Assembly: GCF_009914755.1 (NCBI RefSeq)
Contig: NC_060945.1
Direction: 5' to 3' (one strand)
Source: the human T2T-CHM13v2.0 reference genome, Homo sapiens
Length of the DNA: 64,000 nt
Under the pieces are notes generated by a model. That model was not told the origin of the DNA. It saw only the letters and a program-made list of their open reading frames with translations, and did not search any database. Shown one piece after another: positions 27,859 through 41,424 of the stretch. How positions within the stretch are numbered: position 1 is the stretch's first letter; every line of letters starts with the position of its first letter. Position numbers and translations under genes: made by a program.

Positions 27859-28480
27859 TGAGAGGTGAAGCTGGCTGGACTTCTGGGTAGGTAGGGACTT
27901 GGAGAACTTTTATGTCTAGCTAAAGGATTCTAAACACACCAATCAGCGCTCTGTGTCTAGCTAAAGGTTTGTAAAGGCACCAATCAGTACTCTGTAAAAA
28001 TGCACCAATCAGCGCTCTGTGTCTAGCTAAAGGTTTGTAAACGCACCAATTAGCACTCTGTAAAAACGGAACACTCAGCACTCTGTAAAATGGACCAATC
28101 AGCAGGATGTGGATGGGGCCAAATAAGGGAATAAAAGCTGGCCACCCCAGTCAGCAGAGTCAACCCGCTTGGGTCCCCTTCCACACTGTGGAAGCATTGT
28201 TCTTTCGCTCTTCACAGTAAATCTTGCTACTGCTCACTCTTTGGGTGCACACTACCTTTAAGAGCCGTAACAGTGCGAATGTCTGCAGCTTCACTCTTGA
28301 AATCAGCAAGACCATGAACCCACCGGAAGGAAGAAACTCCGGACACATCTGAACATCTGAAAGAACAAACCCCAGACACACCATCTTTAAGAACTGTAAC
28401 ACTCACCGCGAGGGTCCACAGCTTCATTCTTGAAGTCAGCGAGACCAAGAACCCACTGGAAGGAACCAATTCCAGACACA
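27859..28480 (+). mobile_element. LTR12-family (ERV9) solo LTR, short LTR12F-like form
   Basis: TGAGAGGTGAAGC...CCAGACACA termini, tandem caccaatcagc.ctctgt repeats, and a perfect 4-bp TSD ACAA (27855-58, 28481-84). Confidence 0.92.
27930..28145 (+). promoter_or_regulatory. LTR12 U3 promoter: CCAAT-box array plus AATAAAA TATA-like element
   Basis: Five ACCAAT motifs followed by gggaataaaagctggcc. LTR12 U3 is a known NF-Y-dependent promoter; activity of this copy is unknown. Confidence 0.55.
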
Positions 28481-29273
28481 ACAAGGCTTATCAGAGTGCA
28501 AGAAAAATCATGGTATGAAGATACAAAGGAAGCACCAGAATCAGACTCGAATATGGTACAGAAGTTGGAGTTATTAGACAGAGAATTTAAAATCACTATG
28601 ATTGATGTTAAGGGTGAACATGAAAAGTTGGACCACTGATAAGAAAAGATTATTAATTGAAGCAGATACCTGAAAACATTAACAAAGAATAAACAGGAAA
28701 TGCTAGAAGTTTAAAAAATATACTGCAAGTCCAAAATTCCTTCAACTGTTTCATCAATAGACCTAACAAACCAAGGAAAAAATTAGTGAGCTTGAGTATA
28801 AGTCATTAGAAACTTTACAAACTGAAATGTGATGATAATAAAAGATAAAAAAGGACCATTCAAAAACTGTAAGACAATATCAAAAGATGTAAGTATATGC
28901 ATAATTTAAATATCAGAAGAAGAGAGGATGGAGAAAACATATTTGAAGTAATAATGGCCAAGAACTTTGCAAAATTAATGACAGACAGTAAACCACATAT
29001 TCATGAATCTCAGAAAACACCAAAACCTTGGCAGCTGTAGTGAGTAGAAAGTCCCATCTCAATGTTGCCTTAACCTTCATGACAGCGAGTACTGCTACAA
29101 TTCTAGTGATCCTTTAAGGAAGAGCCATTCCACTCCCCAAGGATGTAGTAAGGGAAAGCCTCGTGCTAAACTGGTGAGAGTTTCTAAGTTTATAATTTTT
29201 TGGTTTACTCAAATATCTTCTTTCTCATGTTACAAATATGTTACCAGGTGAACTGGTTAGGGTAATTAACCAG

Positions 29274-29690
29274 TTTTAAATAAAATTTATGGGAGGCCAT
29301 TTTTTTGAACTAGGCCCTAACAGATGAAACTAAACCAGAAGAAAGTCATTTGTGCTAGGTGCCACGTAATCAAACTGAGCTTTAAAACAGACCAGTTTTC
29401 CAAAAAACAGGAGATTCATAGCAACTGATCTAAAGGGGCCCAGTTAACTTGAGCCAGCATGAGAAAGAAGTTCCGCCTGCCTTAACTCTATAGGAAAATA
29501 ACTTTAAAATGGCCAATTCACTTTTCGTTACTTATTTCTGTTTTCTTCAGCTCTTTTCTGCCTACAAAGTCAGCTCAGCTCAATGAAACTCCTTTCTATT
29601 TCATAGATGGGATGATGCCCAAATCGTGAATCACTAATAAAAGCCAATTAGATCTTTAAACACAATTTGTTGCAATTTTGGTTTTTGACA
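29274..29690 (+). mobile_element. ERV1 solo LTR (MER31-like)
   Basis: aaataaaatttatgggaggccatt...aataaaagccaattagatctttaaac...ttttgaca, with 4-bp TSD ccag at 29270-73 and 29691-94. Confidence 0.7.
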
Positions 29691-32600
29691 CCAGTTAGGG
29701 TCACTACCTCACAAACTTGGAAAACATATTATACTTTATCTACTCAGTGATCAGGGCATGTCACTTATCCATTTATTTCTTCCTTAGTGAGCAGTGGTGT
29801 TCATCCATTCTCTCACAGAAGGTTTCTGGCTCCTGCTTAGTCAGGGGGAGGCTTCACTTAGCAGCCTCCTGCCTCATCACCACCATCACCCATCCACAGA
29901 AAACACACAAACCCGGCACACTTGCCATAGACTTTTTATTAAATTATTTTAAGGTTCAACAATAGGAAGATGAGCATTTTATGTAACCATTACTGCACAA
30001 GGGTGCTCCTCCAGATAAATTTAACTTAAGCTTTTAAAGATAAGCAGCTGGGAACTAATTTTGCATTTATGAGAAAAAAGAAATAAAAAGACATGCCTCA
30101 TTAGGCCACCAAAAATCTTGACTAAGTCACAGTCCATTGATTTGGTCTCCTCAAAACAAACAAGCAAGCAAAACAAAAGCACTTGTCAATCAGTTTTAGC
30201 TCCTTTATGTAAAACGAAAGGAATTACATATTTTAAGAAATCAAAAAGCCTTTAGTGTTGCTGATGTTACTTATAAAATTATCTTTCAAGATTTACAAAA
30301 GCTTTCATCGTAAAAAATCTTTTTCAAAATAGACTTTGGCTCCCTAACCATTATAGTAATAGTAAGGAAACACTCAAGTTTTTAAACATGTCAAAACACG
30401 ACATTTATGGTAGCCTTTATATAACACTGTTTGTGTGAGTCAAGATCTTGTTAAGCATTTCTCAGTTTATTCTCTAGGGTGTACTGGCCAAACTCTAATC
30501 TCATGGAAAGGTAAATATAACTGAAGTATTTGGAGAGTTGAGGGAAAATCTCTTCCCTGAAGGAGCATTTTGTGTGTTTTTAGTCATAAATGCCGAAGGA
30601 TAGGGCCATAAGTTCTTGTCTCAGTTTCTTTAAAGTGTTCTGAATTTGAATTCCATTCTTTTTATTTTCTATCCAGCTCTGGAATGAGAGAGATGGCTAG
30701 TGACCTGACCTTCCAGTATTTGTTTTTTGAACGTAGCTGTAACTACTCTGATTAGTAACATGATATATAGTAAGCTATATATAGCTCTCATTATAGTGAC
30801 TTGCGGGTATCTCCTAATTTTTTAAGTTCTTATCCTTTATTATGTTGGTGCCACATTTGTCCATGCTTAAGGAGTTCCTAACTGAAACGTACTTCCAGGT
30901 ACGGTAGCCGTCATGTGGCAGATTCTCCTCAGATTGTTTTCTGGTATTTCCTGGTATGCCAGGTAGACTTTTACTTTCAGATCTTGGACAAAATTGGCAA
31001 ATCATACTTTTCAACATCATGCCCCAAGAAATGTTATCTGCTATATGGCCAAGATATACCATTGATAGACTCCAGTATCATATTCCTAGGTTAGTTAATT
31101 CCGTATATATTTTCTAAGCATCTATAGTAGCTGTTAGCACTTTAGTCTTAGGGTTACAAAAGTAATTAATATGATCCACTAGGCTCAGGAGTTACAAACG
31201 GATACATTAATTGATAAACAGAAAGTCAGGAAATTGCTACTACAGGACACCAATATTTGGACTCCATCAAATAGTGGATACATACATCACTTTGTAAAGA
31301 TACCAGAAGGAATGTGGAGAATACTCAAACACTGTCTTACTTCTCACTCATGGAAGGTGAGTTCTTAATTTTCGAGTGTCTGACATGAGTTCTTAATTTC
31401 CCATTAATTAAATGGTGATTATATTTAGGTAATGTGGTTAATGGAATACGATGGTTTCTCAGAAGCGTACTAATTCATGGCTCCATAAATAAGCACTCAC
31501 ATCAAAACACACCCGTATACTGTACTCATAAATTCTAAAACAGTGAAGAACTAATTTAAAAAATAACCAACCCAGATGCACAAATATTACCTTAAAAGCA
31601 GATTACCATAGATCACAGGTGACCACCCCTGCCTCCATTAGAGCAAGAGCTATCTAGAATTAATTCCATCAGAATCCCTATTAATAGATTGCTCTGCCAT
31701 GCAATCTATTATATATAATTTGAGACTGCTCTGCAATCTAATATATATATTTCTGTTAAACCAGCTTATTAACTCAAGAAATGTTACATGTATTTACTTT
31801 TCCTCTCCCATATTCTCATCTTCTTGACTGCTTTGTTCTTCTGCTTCCATAAACCAGTCTTCCCTTCCTTCTAAAAGCTACGCCCTGGATACTTTTATAT
31901 TTAATTAAATGTTTGCAAATTCTTGCCTTAAGTATAATGTTACTTTCTCCTGAGGTCACAGCTCCCATTACAGCTTATTAAAATGCAAACTATAAAATAA
32001 CCCATATGCAGCATGAGAGAAGGCATCATTGTTATATTTGATTTTCCTTCTTTCTAAGGATTAAAAAAATCTGTCGTATCTTCTGAGGCTCATATTTCTT
32101 GCTTTACCCATGTCTATCTACTTTTCCTAATTTCTTTTAACTGTCAAGATGCTTAAAAGTGAGATCAATCTCGATTCATTCTCAATGCCCACTAAAACAG
32201 CTCTCAATTTTCCAACTATTTATGAACAAATTTGTCTGCAAAAACACTACGTGAGCACACAACATTTCATGAATCAAATCTGGACAAATATGCAAAACAC
32301 CCTTTAAACACTACCAAGTACTTGAGTTTACCACCTGTCTTATGAAACATATTTTCCATGTTTGGCATATAACTTTCCATCAAATTGCATATAACCTTCC
32401 ACCCACCATTTCACAGTAAATCAAAAGCTGCAACCATTTCAATGTCCACTTCTACAAGGAAACTTCAGGTCTTTTCTGAGATAATGTGACATATTTCTTG
32501 TAGTGTTGATGCCTTTCTTACCATTTGACATATGTAATCCTGTGCTACTGTCTTTATTATTATTTTTAAATATGTCCCTAACAAAGCTTTGGAGTGTTGT

Positions 32601-33163
32601 GCCCTTACTTCCAACTTTTTGTAAGCCCTGTGGCTTCTATTATTTGAATTTACATAATACAATTACATAGCGATTTGTAAGAAAGCATGTACTATATTAT
32701 AGCAGAAATGACTATATCTCCACTGGCAAAATTTTCTAAAAAATGGAGCTACTATACTAAGATGTTTTGGAGGGAATAAGTTATATGACCACATGTTTCC
32801 AACATTCAGTCTCACATTGGAAATGTCTGTTAAATTAAAATCATCGCCTTTTCCTCTATGTCAACTATCTCTTCTGTTCTCAGAGGTTAATTTTTCAATA
32901 TTTATCTGTACTTTCAAATTTCATCTAGAAAATTGAGTAAATTTGAGATAATAAGCTTTAGTGGTAGTCAAAACAAGAAAGCATACCAGGTTTTTTTTTT
33001 TTTTAGATTAGTGGCAAATATGCAAACAAACAAACAAACAAACAAAAAAACATGGAACTTGACTATGGAAGAGGATTCATAACATTAACTAGAAAAACCT
33101 TTACCATTCTGGCTTTGAGGATGGGATAAATAATTTTACCATTAATCCATATATACAACATAA

Positions 33164-33485
<322 letters not shown>

Positions 33486-35880
33486 GCTTTTTGAAAATTT
33501 TGATAAATATAGTTTTATTGAGTTTGAGGGGCATGTATATTAGCAGACAGAAAAATACGGAGATTGAAAGAAGAACTAAGAGAAAATTAGTTTGTTCACT
33601 TGATAATTGGCTTTAGTATTGGAGATGTATAAACACTGTGGGAAAGACATAAACCAATGTGGAGGAAAACTAAGGAATCAAGAAAAAAAGTCAAATCTAC
33701 AAAGGAACAAATTCTTTCAACAATCATAACTGAGTTTAATCCAGATAAATGATTAGATGGGTAGGATACGAGGCACTCCCACCGACTGGAATGTGGGGCA
33801 ACGAAGAAGCAGGTACAATTGCAGGTGGCAGAGAGAGTCCAAAGCTGTTCTAGGCTGATACAGTCTCTTTTTCTAAATTTAAGTAATTTCTAATTGATCA
33901 CCTTCCAGAAGAAGTGTCTGCTGTTTCCTTCCACAAACAAACAAACAAACAGAACATAGAGCTCTTACTTAATCCCTAATTGCAACCTTCAGAAGTCAGT
34001 CAAGCAACACATTTGTACATGCCGGGGAGTCGGGGTGGGGTGTATGTGTGTGTATAAATTTTCATCCACAGCCTCACAATTCCTGAATTGGTGTGAGAAA
34101 CAGTCATCACCTGGTTAAAGGAAAACAAACCACGAAGAGCAATTTTAAACAACTGCCAGGATGGCCAATCATTTTTTTCAATATTTTATTTTTATAACGT
34201 TAAAAAAAATTCACAAGCTTCTCAAAGAATGAAGATATGTAGTGCTACCTCATGGTCATGCCTTTATTCTTTCTCTCCTATACCCATAATCCCTATTTCT
34301 GTAATGTGAGATATCAAGTAAAATATTTAGGAAGAGTATGGGATCTCCTTACAATATCTGCTTATAAAGAAATAGCACTTTATTACCAATGTGAATCTTG
34401 GACTGGGATGTAATTTTTTTTGATGGTCAACACTTTTGTGTTCCTGACTAACATCATGTTGTGAAAATAATTGTTTCAATGATTCTAGAAAATGTCTACT
34501 TTTTTATCTCAGCTTGTGTAAAATTAAAGACAAACTCTTTAAAGCTATACAATCATTTATTTAAGCAAAATATTTTATAGCTATATATCATATGCTTATT
34601 TCTTTTGGAAGGAAATAAAAATGAATAATTAATTAACGTAACAAATGCTGCTAACACTTATGAATAGTATTACTACTTCCCGATGAGAAAGAATTGTATA
34701 AGGGTCCCTGTGTAATATTTTAGCTAGTCCAGGCCAGAATTGTCCTTCTAAGAAAACTTACATTTCCCATCTTTGACATAATTATAAAACTTACCAAATG
34801 TTTATTTCTTATGGCAAGCATTTTGGGGGAGCCAAGAAAGCAATTTGCTAGACAATGATGACAAAATAAAGAAATAGCAGGCTCCTAAGCAAGAGTGCCA
34901 ATGAACAAATGATTTTATTATATTTTATTTATTATATTTTATTATATTTCTCTGGTTGAAATTCTAGATTAAGGATACACAGTGCCTATGAAAGACAAAA
35001 TTATATAGCTGAGGGCATGTGATAAATACAGTTAAGGACTGGATTCTACTGACGAAAAGAATGTACAAAGTAATTGTGAATTAGGTTTATTTGATTCACT
35101 AATTTTTTCCACTTTACTACCTATGTGTGCTGAAATGAAATCAGATGAGAGAAGTAAAATCTAAACTGATGAAAAATGCTTTTCATGCTTTAATACTCTA
35201 CAAAATCATAAGTTTCTATCAAGCTTATGCATAGGTTGTGACACTTTTTTTAGCAAAAATTTTCCACTTGAATACAAAGTTAAGAATTACAATGCCATGA
35301 TCTCACAAGAAGAAAGTAAAAATGTTGGAAAAAGGTAGATTCCAATATTAATCGAGACTTAGAGGGTATTCTCAAAAATATTTTTAAATATATATATTTA
35401 AAATAACAAAAAAGTAATAATATACACAAATACTTAAAATATGTATTTAAAATAAACAGCATATTAATTTCACTGAAGTATTATCGATTGAAAAACCTAA
35501 CCAGTTACATTTTTAGTTTTTACAACGATGTTAATCATTGTATAAAAACAGATAAAGACATTCAAGTATTATATATATGGCACATTAGGTGACAATTTGA
35601 AAGGGTTAGATATAAATTAAATATTTAAATAACATATATAATTACTACTTTTCTCTAGTAATTTAAATAACAACTGGTATTTATTCAGCACCTACACATG
35701 TATTACTATTATTATGGAGTACAAAAAAAGCATAAGATGTATTTCCACCAATAAAAGTACATAAAACAGTTGAAAATAGCAGCATTATATACTGATTCAG
35801 GCATTTAGAGACAAGCTGAATATATGAAAACATACTAGATGCATATAATTCTTTATTTAAAAAAAATTCTAGAACAATAT

Positions 35881-36542
35881 TGAAACAGCCTCATTTTCTG
35901 AGGTATTACCTGGAGTTATTTGAGAATAAGGAATGTGGACACCAAGGGTGAGGTGGGAACAAAGGCTTAATAAGCTAAAGAGAAAATCTCTCCACAGTGG
36001 ACAGAAGGCCTGAAAGAGGGTTGCCAGCTGTGAAGCTGAGTCTGGGGTTTTTATGGACCGGAAGGGGAGGAATGGGCTGACCGGTCTGTAGGCTATCTTG
36101 GAGAAGGCACCACTTAGAAAGAGGTATAATAGTGTAAAGAACCAACTGGAAGTAGAAGTGAAGGCTTGGCCTGGGACCAATTGAAGGTAGAAGTGAAGGC
36201 TTGGCTGGGACCAATCAGGGGCTGAAGTGATGATTTACTCTGTTAATGAAGACTTAGCCCACAGCCAATTATAGAAAGGTAGGCATACGTAAAATAGGTG
36301 AAAAGTAAAAGACCAATAGGTGAAAAGTAAGAGAGTAAGACATGCCAAGGGGAAAGAAATGTGTCCAAAAAGGGGTGGAATTTGTTCATCTGGGTTCATA
36401 GAGTAAGTGTTTCCATTCAAGGATGCAGGGTCTTTCTTATCTGGGACCTGAAGTTTGATTATCAAGCTGTTCTTGGTTTGAAGGAGTTATACCAAGGACC
36501 TGTCCTAACTACCTGCCTGACAGGTTTCTTCCTCCTCTGTCA
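35881..36542 (-). mobile_element. ERV1 solo LTR (MER61-like)
   Basis: TGAAACAGCCTC...CCTCTGTCA termini, TSD atat/gtat, and internal tandem agaagtgaaggcttggc..gggaccaat repeats. Confidence 0.7.
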
Positions 36543-36757
36543 GTATGAGTTATATTGAGTAGTGATATAATGAGAGTACTAGAGCTAGGGTCTTGCTGAA
36601 AATGATGTATAATAACAGTAGTGTGAAAATAAGATCAAGTAGAGACAATGATATTTTGTTATCCACAGACTAATTCCTATGCCATATCACCAGTTATGAT
36701 TAAACAAAAGCTGATTTTTAAAAGTGAATTAAATAAAATAGAAACTTATATCTCTGA

Positions 36758-36780
36758 AATATATATGTGTATATATATAA

Positions 36781-36813
<33 letters not shown>

Positions 36814-36862
36814 CACCTACTGTATATATGTGTGATATATACCTACTGTATATATGTGTGAA
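36758..36862. repeat. (TA)n/(TG)n microsatellite with a 26-bp tandem duplication
   Basis: acctactgtatatatgtgtga occurs twice after the (TA)n run. Confidence 0.9.
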
Positions 36863-37125
36863 ATAGTAGCATTTCATGGTTGATATGAAAGGGACTATGG
36901 GAGTGTCATTAGGTCCTAAGGTCCTAGCTACTGTTCTACCATCCTCAGCTCACTGTTTGCGTTGCAAGTCACCACATCATACAACAGGTCTGCTGGCCCT
37001 CTAACTTTATCTATGTACTCTAGGCTCAATGCATGAGAACTATAAGAAAGGCTGCCCCCTCATTTTAGGAAATGCTTCTTGGAATTGTAACACAATGTTT
37101 CACTTAAATTCTATGATTAAAACTT

Positions 37126-37253
37126 AATAATATAACCTAGAAGAATATAATATAGAATATAATATAATATAGAAGAATATAATATAACCCAGAAGAATAT
37201 AATATGACCTAGAAGAATATAATATAACCTAGAAGAATAATATAACCTAGAAT
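37126..37253. repeat. ~20-bp minisatellite (taatataacctagaagaata) x ~6 inside an MLT1-like relic
   Basis: Repeated agaagaatataatata(a/g)cctag units. Confidence 0.88.
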
Positions 37254-37344
37254 ACAACTTCAATAGAAGTTGGGACATGTGGTGTTTTAGCTGTGCATAT
37301 TTGATAATATTTTATTAATAAATATAGAAGATTCTAATTTATTT

Positions 37345-37535
37345 GAACAGATAAACCCTGAATTAGCAAATATGGAACCATCACTCCCAGGGAAAATACA
37401 GGGTTATGTTCCTGTGAGCCTCTGGCCACATTTTCATCAACCTATTAATACATAACTTAGGTTTACGTGTGTTTCTGTTTTAAGACACCATATTTAATGT
37501 ACATAGTTAATTCATTAACATTGAACTCACAGAGA
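37345..37535. mobile_element. TcMar-Tigger relic (MER82-like)
   Basis: ggttatgttcctgtgagcctctggccac...ttcattaacattgaactcac. Confidence 0.6.
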
Positions 37536-37932
37536 AGCTTGCTCTTTCTTCTGTTACAGGAATGCTTCTAATGGACTAGTGTAAAAGTATGAAGAAATGT
37601 CCTCTAGTTAACAGTTTCTGTTGACACAAACATAGCAACTTTTACAATGTTAACCTAATTATGTTGAGAAAATTAAACTCACCCTCCACAGTAATGACAA
37701 ATAAGAACCAAGATTGAAGAAGCAGATTATAGGAACCATCTTGGGCATTAAAAATAAATCTAGAAAACAGACAATAGACTGTGGATTTATGCCGTTTTTC
37801 TTTGGAAAGGACAGATGGGATTATGCAAGAAACCTAGATATACCAGAGGCGATTTTTCCACTGCAAGGAATGCCATATTCAGAGACTACATAACAAAATC
37901 AAAACGTTGAAATTTAGCGGCTGTCCTTGCTG

Positions 37933-37968
37933 ACACAAACACACACACACGCACACACACACACACAC
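37933..37968. repeat. Interrupted (CA)n microsatellite
   Basis: acacaaacacacacacacgcacacacacacacacac. Confidence 0.9.
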
Positions 37969-38359
37969 AATGCTTCATTCAGTGGGTTTATACAAATCAA
38001 TTTTCTGCACAAGAGGGGAAAATTAATTAATATAAAATTCCTCAACACATTATTAAAGTATATAAATCCCTTTAAGGTGACAAAGTCAATTACTGTATGT
38101 ATATTTGTTCATTTTTATTTTCTGTTTTAAGAACCTTAGTTCACTAAGAGAAACCAAAAGTAAGCAAAGAATACTAGCACAAATTAAACCCCATCGGTTT
38201 TTCAGGAGAAGATACTGTGATCCAGAGGTGTAAGACTTTTCTATTCAGATTCCAGATAAAGGCATAGAAAATCTAGAAGTTAGGTGCAAGCCCACTGCTA
38301 TTATTTTTAAGACTTGACAAAGTATGAGGGAAGGTTCCCAGTTGTGAAGCAAATTCAGT

Positions 38360-38835
38360 GTACACTGGTTACCACTTCAGCCCACTGCATCTTAGACTGC
38401 AATTTCTACTGCTTGCACAAGTCCTACGAGACAGAAGAGTCACACAAGTTACATGAAGCATACTTGTTACTTACAAATAGGGAGCAAGGGACAACAGAAA
38501 ACAAGAATTCATGACAAGCTAATCTGCAAAGTTCAGGACAGCCACGCAGGGTAGATAGTTTTGTCTGCATGTGTCGTAATTGTATCGCAGCTGAGGGGCC
38601 CCAGAAAGCAGGCTGTCGTGGGTTTTTATCCCAGGGGCAAACTTGAATAACTGAGTAAAATATTGTAGGACACCTTCTTCTAGGCTGGGCAGGAACAAGG
38701 CCCAGGCTTTTCTGGCTAGTTTCACTCTATCTCAGAATGTTACATTCCCAGCACATTCTGAAGACTACAAGCAAGAAAAGAGTGACAATTGAATTTGTTC
38801 AAGTCCACCCAGAAAATGGCTTGCACCAGTTCACA
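38360..38835 (-). mobile_element. ERVL-type LTR, apparently complete (counterpart of 5037-5425)
   Basis: Reverse complement of the left-arm LTR, extending about 90 bp further to ...aaccagtgta(ca). Confidence 0.6.
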
Positions 38836-41424
38836 ATCTGCCCATTCCATGCTTCTTACACTTGATTCCTTTTGATCTTTGACTGGTGTCTGGACCATGA
38901 GTTTAGATAATAAAATCCACATAGCCAGACTTTATCTACAACCTTTAAAAGGCCTACACCCTCCATCGTCATCCTCTTTCATAATTTCTTTGCTTGAGGG
39001 TGTGCACAAATGAGGCTCTCAGGAAAAGAAGACAGAGGGCCAAGGAGAAGGTCTGGCCCGTTGGATGGGGAATTCCAAGGTCCAAGATCATATTTTGGAA
39101 GAGGATGCAGGCTGCGTGCGGGCATATCCCCTCAGTGCGAATGGCTGCTTGGCAGATGGGTCAAGGCTGGAATCTCTAAAGCCCTAATTCAAGAATGAGG
39201 TCCCTTTGCTTGGGTCACAAGATGGGGCTGTCTAACTATTTTACTTCATATTCAGTGTACATCCGGATTCCTTATAACCCCATTACCCAAAATTGTTCAC
39301 TTGTTTTAAATTTGCATTCTTTCTTCATTTGGAACAAAGAGATCAAAATCCTAATTTATTATGTGGACTCACTGCTGCCTACATTTTTCTAAGTAGGTAT
39401 TTTATCTTTTATTAAATATTTATCTCATCTTAATTTTTTTAGTTATGATAAGATACTACATTGCTCAATAGGTATGTAATATGTCCAACATTAAAATGGA
39501 AAATCTATATTTTTAACTCTATGAAAATTTTAAACTTTGCAAAATCATACATAAAAGGGTTAAAAGACAAGATGAACTGTAAAAGTAAGTGTAATAAATA
39601 CATCATAAACTCACGTATCTTAGATATAGAGGAATCATAAATAATAATAAAACAATAAAAATTAAAATAAATGCATACAAACTATATAGAGCACAGAAAC
39701 AATGAGTAGTAAACACACAGAATAATGTAAATAAATGTCTGAAAATGTTGTGATGATCCACTCAACTTTACTAATCATAAAAAAAAGAAAGATAAATAGA
39801 AGGAAGAAAGAGGAGAGAGAAAAAGAAGAGAGAAGAAAGAGGAGAGAGAAAAAGAAGAGGGGAGAAAGGAAGAAAATATTTTCATACCTTTCAAACTGGT
39901 AAATTTCTTAAATATAATAATGCACAAGGATAGCTGAAATTGGCATTGATAGATTGAGAGAAATGTTAATTAATATAATATTTCTGGAAAACAAATCACA
40001 ATTAGAAATTAGTTAAGACATTCCACTCATTACATGTCTAGAAATCTAACCTAAGTAATTAAATGTAACAAAAATTATAATATATGGTCACAGAAACCCG
40101 AAAACACCCTAAAGATTCCACATTAGAAGAATGATGCATCAAATGTGACATGTATGTAAAACCAGGGAATCTCTGAAACAGTGCAAATTTTGAGCAACAT
40201 CATTTGTTTAAAAAATCCTCCAATTAAAAAAATATTTATGCACGGGGTACATGTTCAGGTTTGTTACATAAGTAAACTGCATGTAACAGGGATTTGGTGT
40301 AGATATTATTTCATCAAAAATTGACAAATGGGATCTAATTAAACTACAGAGCTTCTGCCCAGCAAAAGAAACTATCAACAGAGTTAACAGACAACCTATA
40401 GAATGGGAGAAAATATTCGCAAACTATGCATCCAAAAAAGGTCTAATAGCCAGAATCTATAAAGAACTTAAACAAATTAACAAGCTAAAAACAAACAACC
40501 CCATTAAAAAGTGGGCAAAGGACATGAAAAAAACATTTTCAAAAGAAAACATACATAAAGTCAACAAGAATTCTCCAGATTTATCCAATCTTGGAAGGAG
40601 GTTGATCTTGTATCAGACATTTTGGGGGAACATTAAACATCTAAATTTTAACTTAAATTTTCATAATATTTAGAAAAGAGGAGGCAAGTTCAATGCTTCC
40701 TGTACTCCCCTTGCCCAGCTTAAAACTGGAGCCCAGTGCAGGCACCCAGAACCCCCAAACCAAGGTACAGGCATAAACTAAATGACTGTTTTTCAAAAAT
40801 GTGATGCATGTGTGAGTTCATGGTTGTTCTCCTGCTGAGATCATTGCTGTCAGCGCCTCTGAAGCTTGCCTTGTCTGGGACCTGCCAGGCTCCTTATGAA
40901 TTTCCTTACACCCCTGGTGTTGGGTCTATCCACTCACAGCTATTCTCTTTGCTGATACCATTTTATTCCTGTTGTCAATTCACCTGAAAAGAATTGTTTT
41001 AAAATACAACCCCTGGCAGGCTCTCTTGAGTAGGTATTTCTGGCATCTTTGCCCTTGCCTAGGAATGATAGAAACTAGCTTCATGATAGCTCTTCTTATA
41101 AACATGCAGAAGACAAATGCTATTCATCAAGGCCATGAGAGAATGGCTGAAAAACATTTCAGAGATGTTCAAGGCTGTCATGCCCAACAAAGATGCAGAG
41201 TGTTAAGGCCTTGAGGTCAGAAGGGTTTCAATGGAGAGGTCCAGGTTATCAGTGGGTTGCAAGTCACCCATGGGTCCTGGAGGCTTGCTGCCCAGTGCCA
41301 CCTCAAGACTCTGCTCCCCACATTCTAGTGTAGCATTCTTGGTCACTTCACCTGAGGCTCAAAGGGACCTAGGTGAAGTCTAATGGGCACTTTCCTGTGG
41401 GCACAAGTGGTAAGCATTGGTGAC
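38450..41424. repeat. Right arm of ancient inverted duplication (partner 2484-5425)
   Basis: Same anchors as the left arm, and the same order of LTR, GC-richer block, L1M relic, purine tract and MST-int in reverse. Confidence 0.93.
40223..40568 (-). mobile_element. Short older L1PA (L1PA13-16-like) insertion with 5' inversion, specific to the right arm
   Basis: Antisense 3' end at 40223-40315 joined to a sense ORF2 piece at 40316-40568. Degenerate TSD aat(c/t)ctcca at 40214-22 and 40569-77. Absent at ~3610 in the left arm. Confidence 0.8.

Larger units (their letters stand above)
27610..29030 (+). mobile_element. Ancient L1M 5'UTR/ORF1 fragment interrupted by LTR12
   Basis: cagaatcagactcgaatatgg...gagttattagacagagaatttaaaatcactatgatt...atatttgaagtaataatggccaagaacttt. 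Confidence 0.65.

Noticed and set aside
27915-28105. Short repeats with variable spacers, superficially CRISPR-like
   Set aside because: These are the normal LTR12 U3 tandem CCAAT repeats, in a eukaryotic context with no cas genes.
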